Below are positions 1-7,996 of a stretch of 16,771 bases of DNA, in pieces. Each line of letters starts with the position of its first letter. The first letter of the stretch is position 1. The notes under the pieces were generated by a model. The model saw only the letters and a program-made list of their open reading frames with translations, made no database searches and was not told the origin of the DNA. The translations under genes and the position numbers were made by a program. The DNA is from a virus (taxonomy: Duplodnaviria; Heunggongvirae; Uroviricota; Caudoviricetes), in IMG/VR virus record IMGVR_UViG_2698536372_000015, positions 1 to 16,771 of that record; one strand, written 5' to 3'.

Positions 1-66
1 GATACAGGCAGTGTGCTGTTCAATTGCCTCGATCATCTCTTCACGGGTGACTAATGACGTTCTCAT
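1..66 (-). CDS. 5'-partial CDS of unknown function (N-terminus only; continues beyond window start)
   Basis: ATG at 66-64 on the minus strand preceded by a strong Shine-Dalgarno (AGGAGGG); reads MRTSLVTREEMIEAIEQHTACI and runs off the window. The ATG overlaps the TGA stop of the upstream ORF 63..455 as ATGA. Confidence 0.35.
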   Translation of the reverse strand, partial: MRTSLVTREEMIEAIEQHTACI

Positions 67-455
67 AGTCCCTCCTGAGCAGAAGCGTTAACAGGGAGGC
101 ACCAGTAACTGAGAGAATTGCGTGAATCAGTGGAAAAACGGGCAGAGAAAATACAGGGAGCATCCGGAAGCTGAGAACGTGCCTCATCTTCTGTCGGTGC
201 AATAACGAAGTGATAGTGGCGTTTCTGGCAGGAGTAAAAGCGCCAGATAAATTCAGGGCGTGCGCAAGGATTGGCATTAACCATAGTTACGGCCTCATTC
301 GTAGGTTTAACAACCTGCGACCCGCTGTCAAACAGGTGGCAGGACGTGACAGGGTTGACAGACTGGCACGAATGAAACCAGCAGGCCGAAGCCTCCCCAT
401 CACGCCCCACCATAATTCGGGCGTAACGCGGTTTACGGACACAAAAATACCGCAA
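63..455 (-). CDS. hypothetical protein; start uncertain (TTG at 455, or ATG at 284 with a GAGG SD)
   Basis: Open frame whose TGA stop overlaps the start of the next minus-strand gene (ATGA), and whose 3' end encodes that gene's SD. No recognisable motif; composition not strongly protein-like. Confidence 0.3.
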   Translation of the reverse strand: MRYFCVRKPRYARIMVGRDGEASACWFHSCQSVNPVTSCHLFDSGSQVVKPTNEAVTMVNANPCARPEFIWRFYSCQKRHYHFVIAPTEDEARSQLPDAPCIFSARFSTDSRNSLSYWCLPVNASAQEGL

Positions 456-585
456 TATCGGAAATCTGCGGTTGTCCGCATTCGTATTCAGGCTGTCAAA
501 CCTGGTCGCAGAATTTGCTACGACGGTGGAACTATAAGCCTGAACGACGATGAGATCAATAGAGCCGTGTTCGATGGTAGGTTAT

Positions 586-616
586 TTGCTCTAATAAATC
601 AAATTTATTAGAGCAA
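586..616. promoter_or_regulatory. perfect 14-bp inverted repeat (TTGCTCTAATAAAT / ATTTATTAGAGCAA, 3-bp spacer); candidate phage late-promoter or activator site
   Basis: Read directly from the sequence. Each arm matches the motif at 1561-1580. No flanking T-tract, so unlikely to be an intrinsic terminator. Confidence 0.4.
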
Positions 617-627
617 TAATGGTTAAA

Positions 628-879
628 TCATCTTCGCCTGCGTGCCATATATTTGCGCACCGCGCGGCGTGGACAATCTGAAGCGGTTTCTTTCTGCTGC
701 ATCAATCTCGCAGCCATGCTCAAAAAAGTCAGGCACAGCCGAAGCCCGGCATACAATAGCGGTTCCAGTGGCCACGTCTCATTGAGCACATATACCGCCA
801 TGAAAATCGAGTCGAAAACTATCGCCGCCAGCGATAACTTCATTGTCGAAAGTCGGCGGAGCTGCCGGAGTTTATTCAT
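628..879 (-). CDS. small hypothetical membrane protein, translationally coupled to the endolysin gene
   Basis: ATG at 879-877 overlaps the end of the endolysin gene (ATGAATAA). The 83-aa product has a hydrophobic segment (LSLAAIVFDSIFMAVYVL) and a basic C-terminus. No family recognised. Confidence 0.3.
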   Translation of the reverse strand: MNKLRQLRRLSTMKLSLAAIVFDSIFMAVYVLNETWPLEPLLYAGLRLCLTFLSMAARLMQQKETASDCPRRAVRKYMARRRR

Positions 880-1429
880 TGACCAGTCCCGTCAGGCAAA
901 GCTGGCGTTCTTTTTCACGGCGAATCTTTAAACCTCGCAGGGGCACGCCGTTACTGTTCACGAAATCAGGGAGATGGTTACACATATTCACCCATTCCCC
1001 TTTCTGCGCCCACTTGTGGATGGACGTTTCTACTCGCATGCCTCGCGCTTTGCTGTAGTAGGTCCGTAAGCTATTGCATCCCATATTGAATGCCGCGCTT
1101 GTCATTGCACTGAAGGCATTATCGGGCATGTCTTTGCCCCGGAAGTGCTGATTAATACAGCGTTCAGCGATCAGGATATTCTTTTCCCAATCAGCGGCGA
1201 TTTGCTGGTCGGTTTTTCGCACACCCGGCGTTACCCCGTGTGTATTACCGATCCCGTCAGTCCATACCCCCGCAGGGCACATGTATGGATCACGTCGGCA
1301 ACCTTCAGCGTTACCAATCAGCTCAAGCCCCGCCTGGTTGGTTCGCACATTGCCATTACCCATCACGATGGTAATCATCACCGCGATAGCGCAAATTGCA
1401 CCGCCTCCTGCGGCTGTTTTTCCCTTCAT
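872..1429 (-). CDS. lyz: SAR (signal-anchor-release) endolysin, glycoside hydrolase family 24 lysozyme, P1 Lyz-like
   Basis: 185-aa product from the ATG at 1429 (GAGG SD 7 nt upstream). N-terminal Gly/Ala-rich weakly hydrophobic SAR segment (TAAGGGAICAIAVMITIVMG) with Cys13, then Glu42, Cys44 and Cys51 in EGCRRDPYMCPAG, then lysozyme core motifs (GVWTDGIGNTHGV, REKERQLCLTGL). This layout matches what I recall of phage P1 Lyz. The longer ORF-track start at 1528 is rejected. Confidence 0.92.
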   Translation of the reverse strand: MKGKTAAGGGAICAIAVMITIVMGNGNVRTNQAGLELIGNAEGCRRDPYMCPAGVWTDGIGNTHGVTPGVRKTDQQIAADWEKNILIAERCINQHFRGKDMPDNAFSAMTSAAFNMGCNSLRTYYSKARGMRVETSIHKWAQKGEWVNMCNHLPDFVNSNGVPLRGLKIRREKERQLCLTGLVNE

Positions 1430-1560
1430 AAAGACCTCATAAGCGAATTTTTTACGCTCCAGGACAAACACCCATTCACAGCCAATACCGACTGACTCGA
1501 TCCCTTTAGAAGGCACAGGATAATGCAAATCACTTGTTAGCTACGTTTCAAAGATATACA

Positions 1561-1580
1561 TTATTGCTCTAATTAATTTG
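1561..1580. promoter_or_regulatory. third copy of the TTGCTCTAAT[A/T]AAT motif in the lyz-ssb divergent intergenic region; candidate late-promoter element
   Basis: TTATTGCTCTAATTAATTTG matches the reverse complement of 601-620 (19 of 20 positions). Lies between the divergent lyz and ssb starts. Direction of action not determinable from sequence alone. Confidence 0.35.
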
Positions 1581-1598
1581 TTTTATTGGGTAAGAAAA

Positions 1599-2087
1599 GT
1601 GGCACAACGCGGTGTAAACAAAGTCATCCTGATTGGTACCCTGGGGCAAGACCCGGAGATCAGGTATATACCAAATGGCGTCGCGGTCGGAAGACTCAGC
1701 ATCGCAACGAATGAATCATGGCGCGACAAGCAAACGGGCCAACAGAAAGAGCAAACAGAATGGCATAAAGTCGTTTTGTTCGGAAAACTTGCTGAAATTG
1801 CGAGTGAGTATTTACGAAAAGGTTCTCAGGTCTACATCGAAGGGAAACTTAAAACCCGTAAGTGGACAGATGACGCCGGTGTAGAACGTTACACGACGGA
1901 AATTATCGTCAGCCAGGGCGGCACCATGCAAATGATCGGCGCTCGTCGCGACGATTCACAGTCCACAAATGGCTGGGGGCAATCAAACCAACCTCAAAAC
2001 CACCAGCAATACAGCGGTGGTAGCAAACCTCAGAGCAGCGCCAATAACGAACCTCCAATGGACTTTGAAGACGATATTCCGTTTTAG
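1599..2087 (+). CDS. ssb: single-stranded DNA-binding protein (SSB)
   Basis: OB-fold SSB sequence closely resembling E. coli SSB ([50 protein letters not shown]), Gly/Gln-rich linker and the canonical acidic tail [11 protein letters not shown]. Likely GTG start at 1599; the ORF-track start at 1578 is a TTG inside the upstream motif. Confidence 0.93.
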   Translation: MAQRGVNKVILIGTLGQDPEIRYIPNGVAVGRLSIATNESWRDKQTGQQKEQTEWHKVVLFGKLAEIASEYLRKGSQVYIEGKLKTRKWTDDAGVERYTTEIIVSQGGTMQMIGARRDDSQSTNGWGQSNQPQNHQQYSGGSKPQSSANNEPPMDFEDDIPF

Positions 2088-2092
2088 AGTTT

Positions 2093-2275
2093 ATGAGTAA
2101 AAAACGACTGAAAGAAAAGCGGTGGTCCAAACGCCAACAAAAGCACGAACTCGCTAAAAAACGCCAAAGTTGGCAATGGAACGCGTTTTTAACGAACAGA
2201 ACACCCCGAGATATTGCTTTCGCTGGTGGGAAAACATTCCTGACCCACCTGAAGGCGCAATACATCAGTTTTTAA
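2093..2275 (+). CDS. possible small basic (Lys/Arg-rich) protein; may be a spurious ORF
   Basis: ATG 6 nt after the ssb stop; 60 aa, highly basic N-terminus (MSKKRLKEKRWSKRQQKHELAKKRQ). Overlaps the long-start version of the next ORF; weak SD. Confidence 0.2.
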   Translation: MSKKRLKEKRWSKRQQKHELAKKRQSWQWNAFLTNRTPRDIAFAGGKTFLTHLKAQYISF

Positions 2276-2289
2276 GCAGAGAAAAGACT

Positions 2290-3078
2290 ATGGCAGCACA
2301 AAATACTAAAACAATTCAATACCGCCTGCGTAATGGCCAGAGTGTCGAAGTGACCATCAATAATGATGGTGTACCTGGCGAAAAGGTTTCTATCTCCGAT
2401 CTGGCTATCGAAAAAACCATCATGTGCCACCTTGGCTTTACTGAAGAAGTGAGCAAAAAGCATGGTGTAGCAATCTGGAGCGCAATGGATACTGGTATGC
2501 GCAAATTCATTACTGCTCGTACCCCAGGGATGACCATGATGGACCTCATGCAGATTGCGCCGCTGTTTGAATGTGAGCCTTTAGATGTATTCAGCAATCC
2601 AGCTATCTGCCAGCAGTTATATGGTGAGGTGAAACTCGCGGTTACCCCCATTGTGCTGCATGAAGGATCGCTTGCTGGCGTGTGGAAAGTGGAGCGTATT
2701 TCAAGCTACATGCCTTTCCATGTCAACGGCGTAATCACTGGTGAAAATCAACCTGTTTCCGTTATAAAGTCAGACCTCAAGCGCGCAATTCTTGAAGCAA
2801 GTTGTCGAGTTATCGGCCTAGGCAAACAGTCTTATGTTTCCTTCCCGGCTGGCCCTGAAGGCCCGGCAGAAATTCTGATTATGGATGCCGATCTGCTCTG
2901 GCAAATACAGTTTCTAATTGGCAAAAGCATCATCCGAGCTGAAGAGCTCGATCAGTACATTACCTGCACGATGACGGATGAAGTCAAAAGTGTGGCTATA
3001 GCCAATGCCAGGAACCTATGTCGTGCTACATTGGCAGAACCGCAAGAAAACATTCCAGAAGAAACAGAAAGTGACTAA
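2290..3078 (+). CDS. hypothetical protein (262 aa from ATG 2290; alternative longer start at 2170 gives 302 aa)
   Basis: Long open frame with protein-like composition directly downstream of ssb; no motif recognised. Start choice is uncertain. Confidence 0.6.
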   Translation: MAAQNTKTIQYRLRNGQSVEVTINNDGVPGEKVSISDLAIEKTIMCHLGFTEEVSKKHGVAIWSAMDTGMRKFITARTPGMTMMDLMQIAPLFECEPLDVFSNPAICQQLYGEVKLAVTPIVLHEGSLAGVWKVERISSYMPFHVNGVITGENQPVSVIKSDLKRAILEASCRVIGLGKQSYVSFPAGPEGPAEILIMDADLLWQIQFLIGKSIIRAEELDQYITCTMTDEVKSVAIANARNLCRATLAEPQENIPEETESD

Positions 3079-3275
3079 TAAAAACCCCGTCAGTTGGCGG
3101 GGAACTCCACGTTAAATGACCAATTATTATGTTAGCTAGCAGTTAAAGCGCCTAGTCATTATCTCTTAAAGAAGTCTTTTTAACTTATCTAAATTAGTGA
3201 CACCTCCCGTTTTGCTTGCTATGGTATGCATTCATAAACCTATTCATTAATCTATTCACAACAGTAATTAAAACT

Positions 3276-4580
3276 ATGGCTACACATGCAACAACAATCC
3301 GTAGCTTGCTCAATCAAGGGCCTATGACACCAAGACAATTGGTTGAAAAACTCAGTGTTAGCCAACCAACGATATCTAGAGCATTAAGAGAACTTGGTGA
3401 TGAAATCGTTAGGATCGGAAATGGAAGATCTATTCAATATGCTTTACGAGACTCTTTTAGAGGATTCGAATCAGTCCCCATTTATCGTATAACTGAAGAG
3501 GGGTGTATTTGCGTTCTTGGTACTCTCATTCCGGTGAGGCCAGAAGGCTATGTTATGGTTGAGGATGGGAAAAATAACAGGCATAGCGATGGGTTACCTT
3601 GGTGGTTATTTGATATGCGTCCACAAGGCTTCCTTGGAAGAGCATATGCATCAGCATATGCTCTTGAACTTAACCTTCCCTCAAATCCAGAGCAATGGTC
3701 AGATACTGATGTGATCAAAGCCTTACTTAAGCATGGGCATGATGTTGTTGGTAATTTGTTAATTGGAGAGCAAGCGCGCACGCATTTTTTAGAGATGCAG
3801 CCTCCTGTTCCTGTTAATCGTGAAATTGAATATCCTGTATTAGCTTTAGCCGCTGGTGAAGGTGATGTGCCAGGTTCATCTGCTGGAGGTGAACAACCCA
3901 AATTTTGTACTTTCACAGAGCGTGGACATGTATTAGTGAAATTCTCTGCGCCTAACGACACCCCTATAAGTGAGCGCTGGAGAGATCTCTTGTTTGCTGA
4001 ACATCTCGCATTAAAAGTTCTGGGGGTAGAAACAGAAGTTTTTGATTATAACGGTCAGAGATTCTTGGAAATTCCCCGATTTGATCGTGTTGGTCAACTC
4101 GGTCGGGTAGGTGTATTCTCACTTCGTGCACTTGATGCAGAATTTGTTGGTAATGCAAGAGCAACATGGCCCTTGCTGGTTAAAGAGTTGGTAAAAAATA
4201 AGTGCGTCCATCCTGATGCGATTATTATAGCAACAAGGCTATGGTCTTTTGGTGTGCTAATAGGCAATACCGATATGCATAATGGCAACCTATCGTTTAT
4301 TAGTAGCCACGGACGCCCATATCATATTGCTCCAGCCTATGACATGTTACCTATGGGTTTTGCCCCACGCTCTGGGGGAGCAATGTCTAATGAGCTTAGA
4401 AAAACAGCACTACCAGACTTTGTAAGTCGAAAAATATGGGATGAATCTCTTGAATTAGCTGAAAAATTTTATGCATTGGCCTGTGAGGCCGACAAATTCT
4501 CAGCTAACTTTACTCCATGTTTAGAAGCACTACGCATCCACCTAGATGATTGTAAAATACGCATAGCCCGCCTGGCATAA
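3276..4580 (+). CDS. HipA-like Ser/Thr kinase with N-terminal helix-turn-helix domain (YjjJ/HipH-like architecture)
   Basis: N-terminal HTH (MTPRQLVEKLSVSQPTISRALRELG). HipA-type motifs: P-loop-like SSAGGEQPKF, catalytic GNTDMHNGNLSF, Mg-binding APAYDMLPMGF. Visibly more AT-rich than flanking genes. Start taken at ATG 3276 (MATHATT...) rather than the ORF-track 3216. Confidence 0.85.
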   Translation: MATHATTIRSLLNQGPMTPRQLVEKLSVSQPTISRALRELGDEIVRIGNGRSIQYALRDSFRGFESVPIYRITEEGCICVLGTLIPVRPEGYVMVEDGKNNRHSDGLPWWLFDMRPQGFLGRAYASAYALELNLPSNPEQWSDTDVIKALLKHGHDVVGNLLIGEQARTHFLEMQPPVPVNREIEYPVLALAAGEGDVPGSSAGGEQPKFCTFTERGHVLVKFSAPNDTPISERWRDLLFAEHLALKVLGVETEVFDYNGQRFLEIPRFDRVGQLGRVGVFSLRALDAEFVGNARATWPLLVKELVKNKCVHPDAIIIATRLWSFGVLIGNTDMHNGNLSFISSHGRPYHIAPAYDMLPMGFAPRSGGAMSNELRKTALPDFVSRKIWDESLELAEKFYALACEADKFSANFTPCLEALRIHLDDCKIRIARLA

Positions 4581-4583
4581 ACA

Positions 4584-4611
4584 AGAAATCCCGCCAATCG
4601 GCGGGATTTCT
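4584..4611. terminator. bidirectional hairpin terminator between convergent genes
   Basis: Perfect 12-bp stem AGAAATCCCGCC / GGCGGGATTTCT with 4-nt loop, 4 nt after the kinase stop and abutting the stop of the minus-strand acidic gene. Confidence 0.6.
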
Positions 4612-4920
4612 TCAATATACGATCTGGTCTACATGATCACCAAAATCATCGTCGTCGTCCTCATCGCCACCCTCTACTGCTGGCCAATCAACAAACCAGC
4701 CAGCGTAAAGATGCAGCGTTCGGAGAACATCACTTGCGGGAGCATCAAGGGTGTTAACGAATCCCATATAGCTATTGGGATTTGCCCCAGCTATGGCTTC
4801 AGCGATCATGTCCTCGGTAATGTCACCGGAGATAATGCTTAAACGCCCGGAAACTTCTTCATTATCATCAAATTCGATAATGGCATCTCCGCCTAATGGC
4901 GCTGCGATTTTAATCTGCAT
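4612..4920 (-). CDS. small highly acidic protein, translationally coupled downstream of the large minus-strand gene
   Basis: ATG at 4920 lies 8 nt upstream of the large gene's stop, with a strong SD (AAGGAG) inside that gene's 3' end. 102 aa, very acidic, C-terminal DEDDDDDFGD run. Confidence 0.6.
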   Translation of the reverse strand: MQIKIAAPLGGDAIIEFDDNEEVSGRLSIISGDITEDMIAEAIAGANPNSYMGFVNTLDAPASDVLRTLHLYAGWFVDWPAVEGGDEDDDDDFGDHVDQIVY

Positions 4921-7897
4921 TATTTAGCTCCTTTGCCACACCTAATAACAGTTCCAGCAATCCGTCACCATTCATCAGTGATGCGGCAGCGGCCTCTTTA
5001 TCATGATACAACTGAAGAGCCATAGAGAATACTTCCGTTGCTGACGTTTTGGAAATAGTCGGTGATTTCTGCCGAATTTTCCCGGTGTTACTTACTGAGG
5101 CTGGCGGGTATACCTTCGCCATATAAATATTACTCAATCGAGATCTGAAGCACCATTCAGGCTTGCCACGCCCACCGATATTGACGAAAGATGGCTTATC
5201 CCCTTCAACATTGGCCTTCAGGAATGACCGGGCTTTCTCTAACAAACCAGGGTTACTGTACTCAAGATGATGACCCAGCTCGTGCCACAGTGCGCTCGCA
5301 TTTTCATCGTTCAAATTGACAGCAACAACACCATTTAGATTTGCATATGCCCTTCCCTGGTGGTGAACTACCTTTGATAAGGTCGATATTTTCCCGCCGG
5401 TCAGGCGATAAATATCAGCAAGTTCCTTGCGCAGGTCTATCCCACCATTCTGTCCAGCGCGGGCTTCTTCCACTTCTTCTGTGATAAAAGAGTCGGCCCA
5501 CTCAAGAGCTTTTTCTTCAGATACGGATGAGTTTGCGATCGCACTGTTCATGGCAGATAACACTTTCTCGTGGACCGAACCCATACTTCGCTGATTCATT
5601 TGCCAGCGTGTCTGCGGGTTATATGAGAATCGCTTAAGTAGTTGGTCAAGCTGCTCAAGTTCTTCTTCACTGACATACTTTTTAGCCTCACCAATAATGC
5701 CAGGGAGAATATTGCCGTTAGGATTAAACGCTCGCGAAAGGAAGAGTTTCAGCGCCCCCATGCCCTCCGATGCTTCAATATCACCAATAACCCGGTTAAC
5801 AATGGCCGCACTCTTCGGATTAGCATCCGCCAACGCTCTGGCTACGATTTGCAGGGACGATACGACCTCACGCTGCATATCAGTCCTGATCTCATCAATA
5901 AACTCTGGCGTTATGCCGTGCTCTTTAAGGATATCCCGGCCTTCCGCCGTTACCCCATCGATATCACCGACATGTTTATTAACACGACTTTGCAATGCCT
6001 TAAATGCCTTCAGAATTCCACGGGCATCATCCGCTTTACTAACGGCCTTCCTGAATGCTGGCAAGAAGTCTGAGTTAACCTCATTTTGTTGATCGGCCCA
6101 CTGAATGGAGGCTTCCTTCATCTCGTCCAGAGTCAGATCACCCAACGCGGTATGGTCTGTGAATATGAGCGATAACCTCTGAACCATTTCTGCCAATGGT
6201 GATGCCGAATGCGCCGCGCTAAGGAATGCTTTCACCCTGGTTGGGCGAATGGAAAACCAGTCAATAGCTGGTGGCATATCTCCGTTTTTTATCGCCTGCG
6301 CTATCTCGTCAAAGCCATCGCGCCCAAGGGAGGATGCGTGATTTAACAAGCCGCGAAGTAACGAATTGCTGATACCGAATAATCGGCACCATTTTTTCAC
6401 GTCGGCAACAGGCATTCGAACAAAATGCGCAAGCACTTGAACAAGCTGTTCATCCTGGGGATCTGTACGGGAAAGCAGCCTGATCAGATGAATAATGTCT
6501 TTGATGCCGGATGCCCGATGTAATAGCAAGCTGGTATATGGAGCAACACCGTTGTAACTACCGCCAGAAGCTGACTCGAAAAGACCGCCAGATATCCCTT
6601 GCATACCTTCGTTTTCCAGTTCCTGAGATACCTGGCGAAGGATATCCTGTAACGACACATCGCCGCCGCCAAACATATCCCCGAGCGCCTGGCCCTGGTG
6701 CTGTAACTCATCATTGATACGTTGCGCCATCAACTTAAAGGCGGTGGCCATACGCTTCGCGCTACGGTTATTCGCGACGATGAACAACGCGAGTGCTTTC
6801 ACTTCCGGGGCCATTTCGCTGAACATATCCCCCTGAGCAATAACATCGGTAATATGCTGGCCTGACTCCTTCGATTGCCTTACCAGGTCTACCGCATCTT
6901 TCAATGCCGCCAGCGCCTTTTTATCGAGGCTATCCGCTGTCTCAATGCCATCAACAATAGTTGTCACAGCCTGCTTGTGCGCTTCTCCTGATAAAGCCTG
7001 CATCTGGACAAAATCATTGGCTGCCGCATTAAGCGCCGTCAGAACATTACGCATATCCGGATCAGGTTCTTCTGCAACCATCCTTACCAGGCGCGCATCC
7101 TTATATGCCTTGGCAAAGATCGCGTTTTGTATACGGTCTACAAGTTGCCGTGTTGGTCGCCCATCTTCAGTTACAAGGCCAGCCGCCTGTGTGGCACCAA
7201 CTTGCGTCATAAATCCGCGAATAAACGCGTCATTACTGCGGCTAAGCAGATCTCCGCTTTCTGACGGATTAAACAGCGCCATCATCGCCGGTGTTATGCT
7301 GTCGGCATCAACAAAAGCCTTTTCACTGGCTGCCATTTCCTGAAGATCAGAAATATTTGAGTCCTTGGCAAACTGAACGCGGTCAACCTTCGTTAACCGG
7401 CGGCGCACCAGTACCGGAGCCGTCATTGATTCAACCTTTTCAGTACGTATGCCGAATTCGGTCGCATGTTCAATCAGGTACTCCCGATACCGATCCGCAT
7501 TACCGTCCTGATAGGCTTTAATGATCCCCATGGTACGTCCATTACCTGACTCAACTGCATTGTCCTCACCAATTATCGGTGCGCCATGGCTGGATAATCC
7601 GGAATCGGTAAGCTGAGCAGGCCGCAAATCTTTGGATATCTGGTTAACCTGAAGAAGGCTGGATGCGCGGGTCCGGTCGCGCGGCTGAAGTTCCTGGGGA
7701 TAGTCAGGATTAATTTTCCCATCCAGAGTATTGGATACCAAAATAGCTGAGGCATCGACGATATCAAACGCTGTTTTTACCTCGTCTCCCTTCGCTGTCA
7801 CCACATACGAAACCCGCCCATAATCGGGCAGGTTCTTTAGCAGCTCGATCAGCGTTTCTATGCTGGTGGCCATTACCACCTGATCGCTTAAGCTCAT
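4910..7897 (-). CDS. large (995 aa) phage protein with an HExxH zinc-metallopeptidase-like motif; possibly an internal virion or antirestriction-type protein (position suggests P1 DdrB, unverified)
   Basis: Uninterrupted 2988-nt frame with protein-like composition. HELGHH encoded at 5284..5267 near the C-terminus. No other motif recognised; the DdrB assignment is from recalled P1 gene order only. Confidence 0.85.
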   Translation of the reverse strand: MSLSDQVVMATSIETLIELLKNLPDYGRVSYVVTAKGDEVKTAFDIVDASAILVSNTLDGKINPDYPQELQPRDRTRASSLLQVNQISKDLRPAQLTDSGLSSHGAPIIGEDNAVESGNGRTMGIIKAYQDGNADRYREYLIEHATEFGIRTEKVESMTAPVLVRRRLTKVDRVQFAKDSNISDLQEMAASEKAFVDADSITPAMMALFNPSESGDLLSRSNDAFIRGFMTQVGATQAAGLVTEDGRPTRQLVDRIQNAIFAKAYKDARLVRMVAEEPDPDMRNVLTALNAAANDFVQMQALSGEAHKQAVTTIVDGIETADSLDKKALAALKDAVDLVRQSKESGQHITDVIAQGDMFSEMAPEVKALALFIVANNRSAKRMATAFKLMAQRINDELQHQGQALGDMFGGGDVSLQDILRQVSQELENEGMQGISGGLFESASGGSYNGVAPYTSLLLHRASGIKDIIHLIRLLSRTDPQDEQLVQVLAHFVRMPVADVKKWCRLFGISNSLLRGLLNHASSLGRDGFDEIAQAIKNGDMPPAIDWFSIRPTRVKAFLSAAHSASPLAEMVQRLSLIFTDHTALGDLTLDEMKEASIQWADQQNEVNSDFLPAFRKAVSKADDARGILKAFKALQSRVNKHVGDIDGVTAEGRDILKEHGITPEFIDEIRTDMQREVVSSLQIVARALADANPKSAAIVNRVIGDIEASEGMGALKLFLSRAFNPNGNILPGIIGEAKKYVSEEELEQLDQLLKRFSYNPQTRWQMNQRSMGSVHEKVLSAMNSAIANSSVSEEKALEWADSFITEEVEEARAGQNGGIDLRKELADIYRLTGGKISTLSKVVHHQGRAYANLNGVVAVNLNDENASALWHELGHHLEYSNPGLLEKARSFLKANVEGDKPSFVNIGGRGKPEWCFRSRLSNIYMAKVYPPASVSNTGKIRQKSPTISKTSATEVFSMALQLYHDKEAAAASLMNGDGLLELLLGVAKELNNAD

Positions 7898-7996
7898 CCC
7901 TGTTACGCCTTATCCAATGTGCCGCCCCCTACGCTCCTCATAGTGGGGATATAAGGCACAGTTTTCCTCCCGGCTATTTTTGCTTAAAATAGTGAC

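Noticed and set aside
653-1058. Plus-strand ORFs 653..931 and 843..1058
   Set aside because: Antisense to the endolysin 3' end and its coupled small gene; no ribosome-binding sites; Arg/Ser-rich shadow-frame composition.
1145-1495. Plus-strand ORF of 116 aa
   Set aside because: Lies entirely antisense to the well-supported endolysin gene; no start signals; composition not protein-like.
872-1528. Longer 218-aa version of the endolysin ORF starting at 1528
   Set aside because: The extra 33 residues have no ribosome-binding site, whereas the ATG at 1429 has a GAGG SD and gives the 185-aa SAR endolysin with the expected Cys13, Cys44 and Cys51 spacing.
3085-3102. Hairpin CCCCGTC / GGCGGGG after the 2290..3078 gene as its terminator
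   Set aside because: Short stem with a G-U wobble and no downstream T-tract on the plus strand; the only adjacent T-run is oriented for the minus strand, where no gene is read. Too weak to call.
4633-4842. Plus-strand 69-aa ORF
   Set aside because: Antisense to the acidic small protein gene, which has a strong SD and coupling to the upstream gene.
5642-7521. Several plus-strand ORFs of 68-143 aa inside the large minus-strand gene
   Set aside because: All are antisense to a continuous 995-codon frame and lack start signals; typical shadow ORFs.
7974-7992. Short inverted repeat CTATTTT / AAAATAG just upstream of the tnpB start
   Set aside because: Only 7 bp in AT-rich sequence; likely chance or part of the IS left end, which I cannot delimit without other copies.
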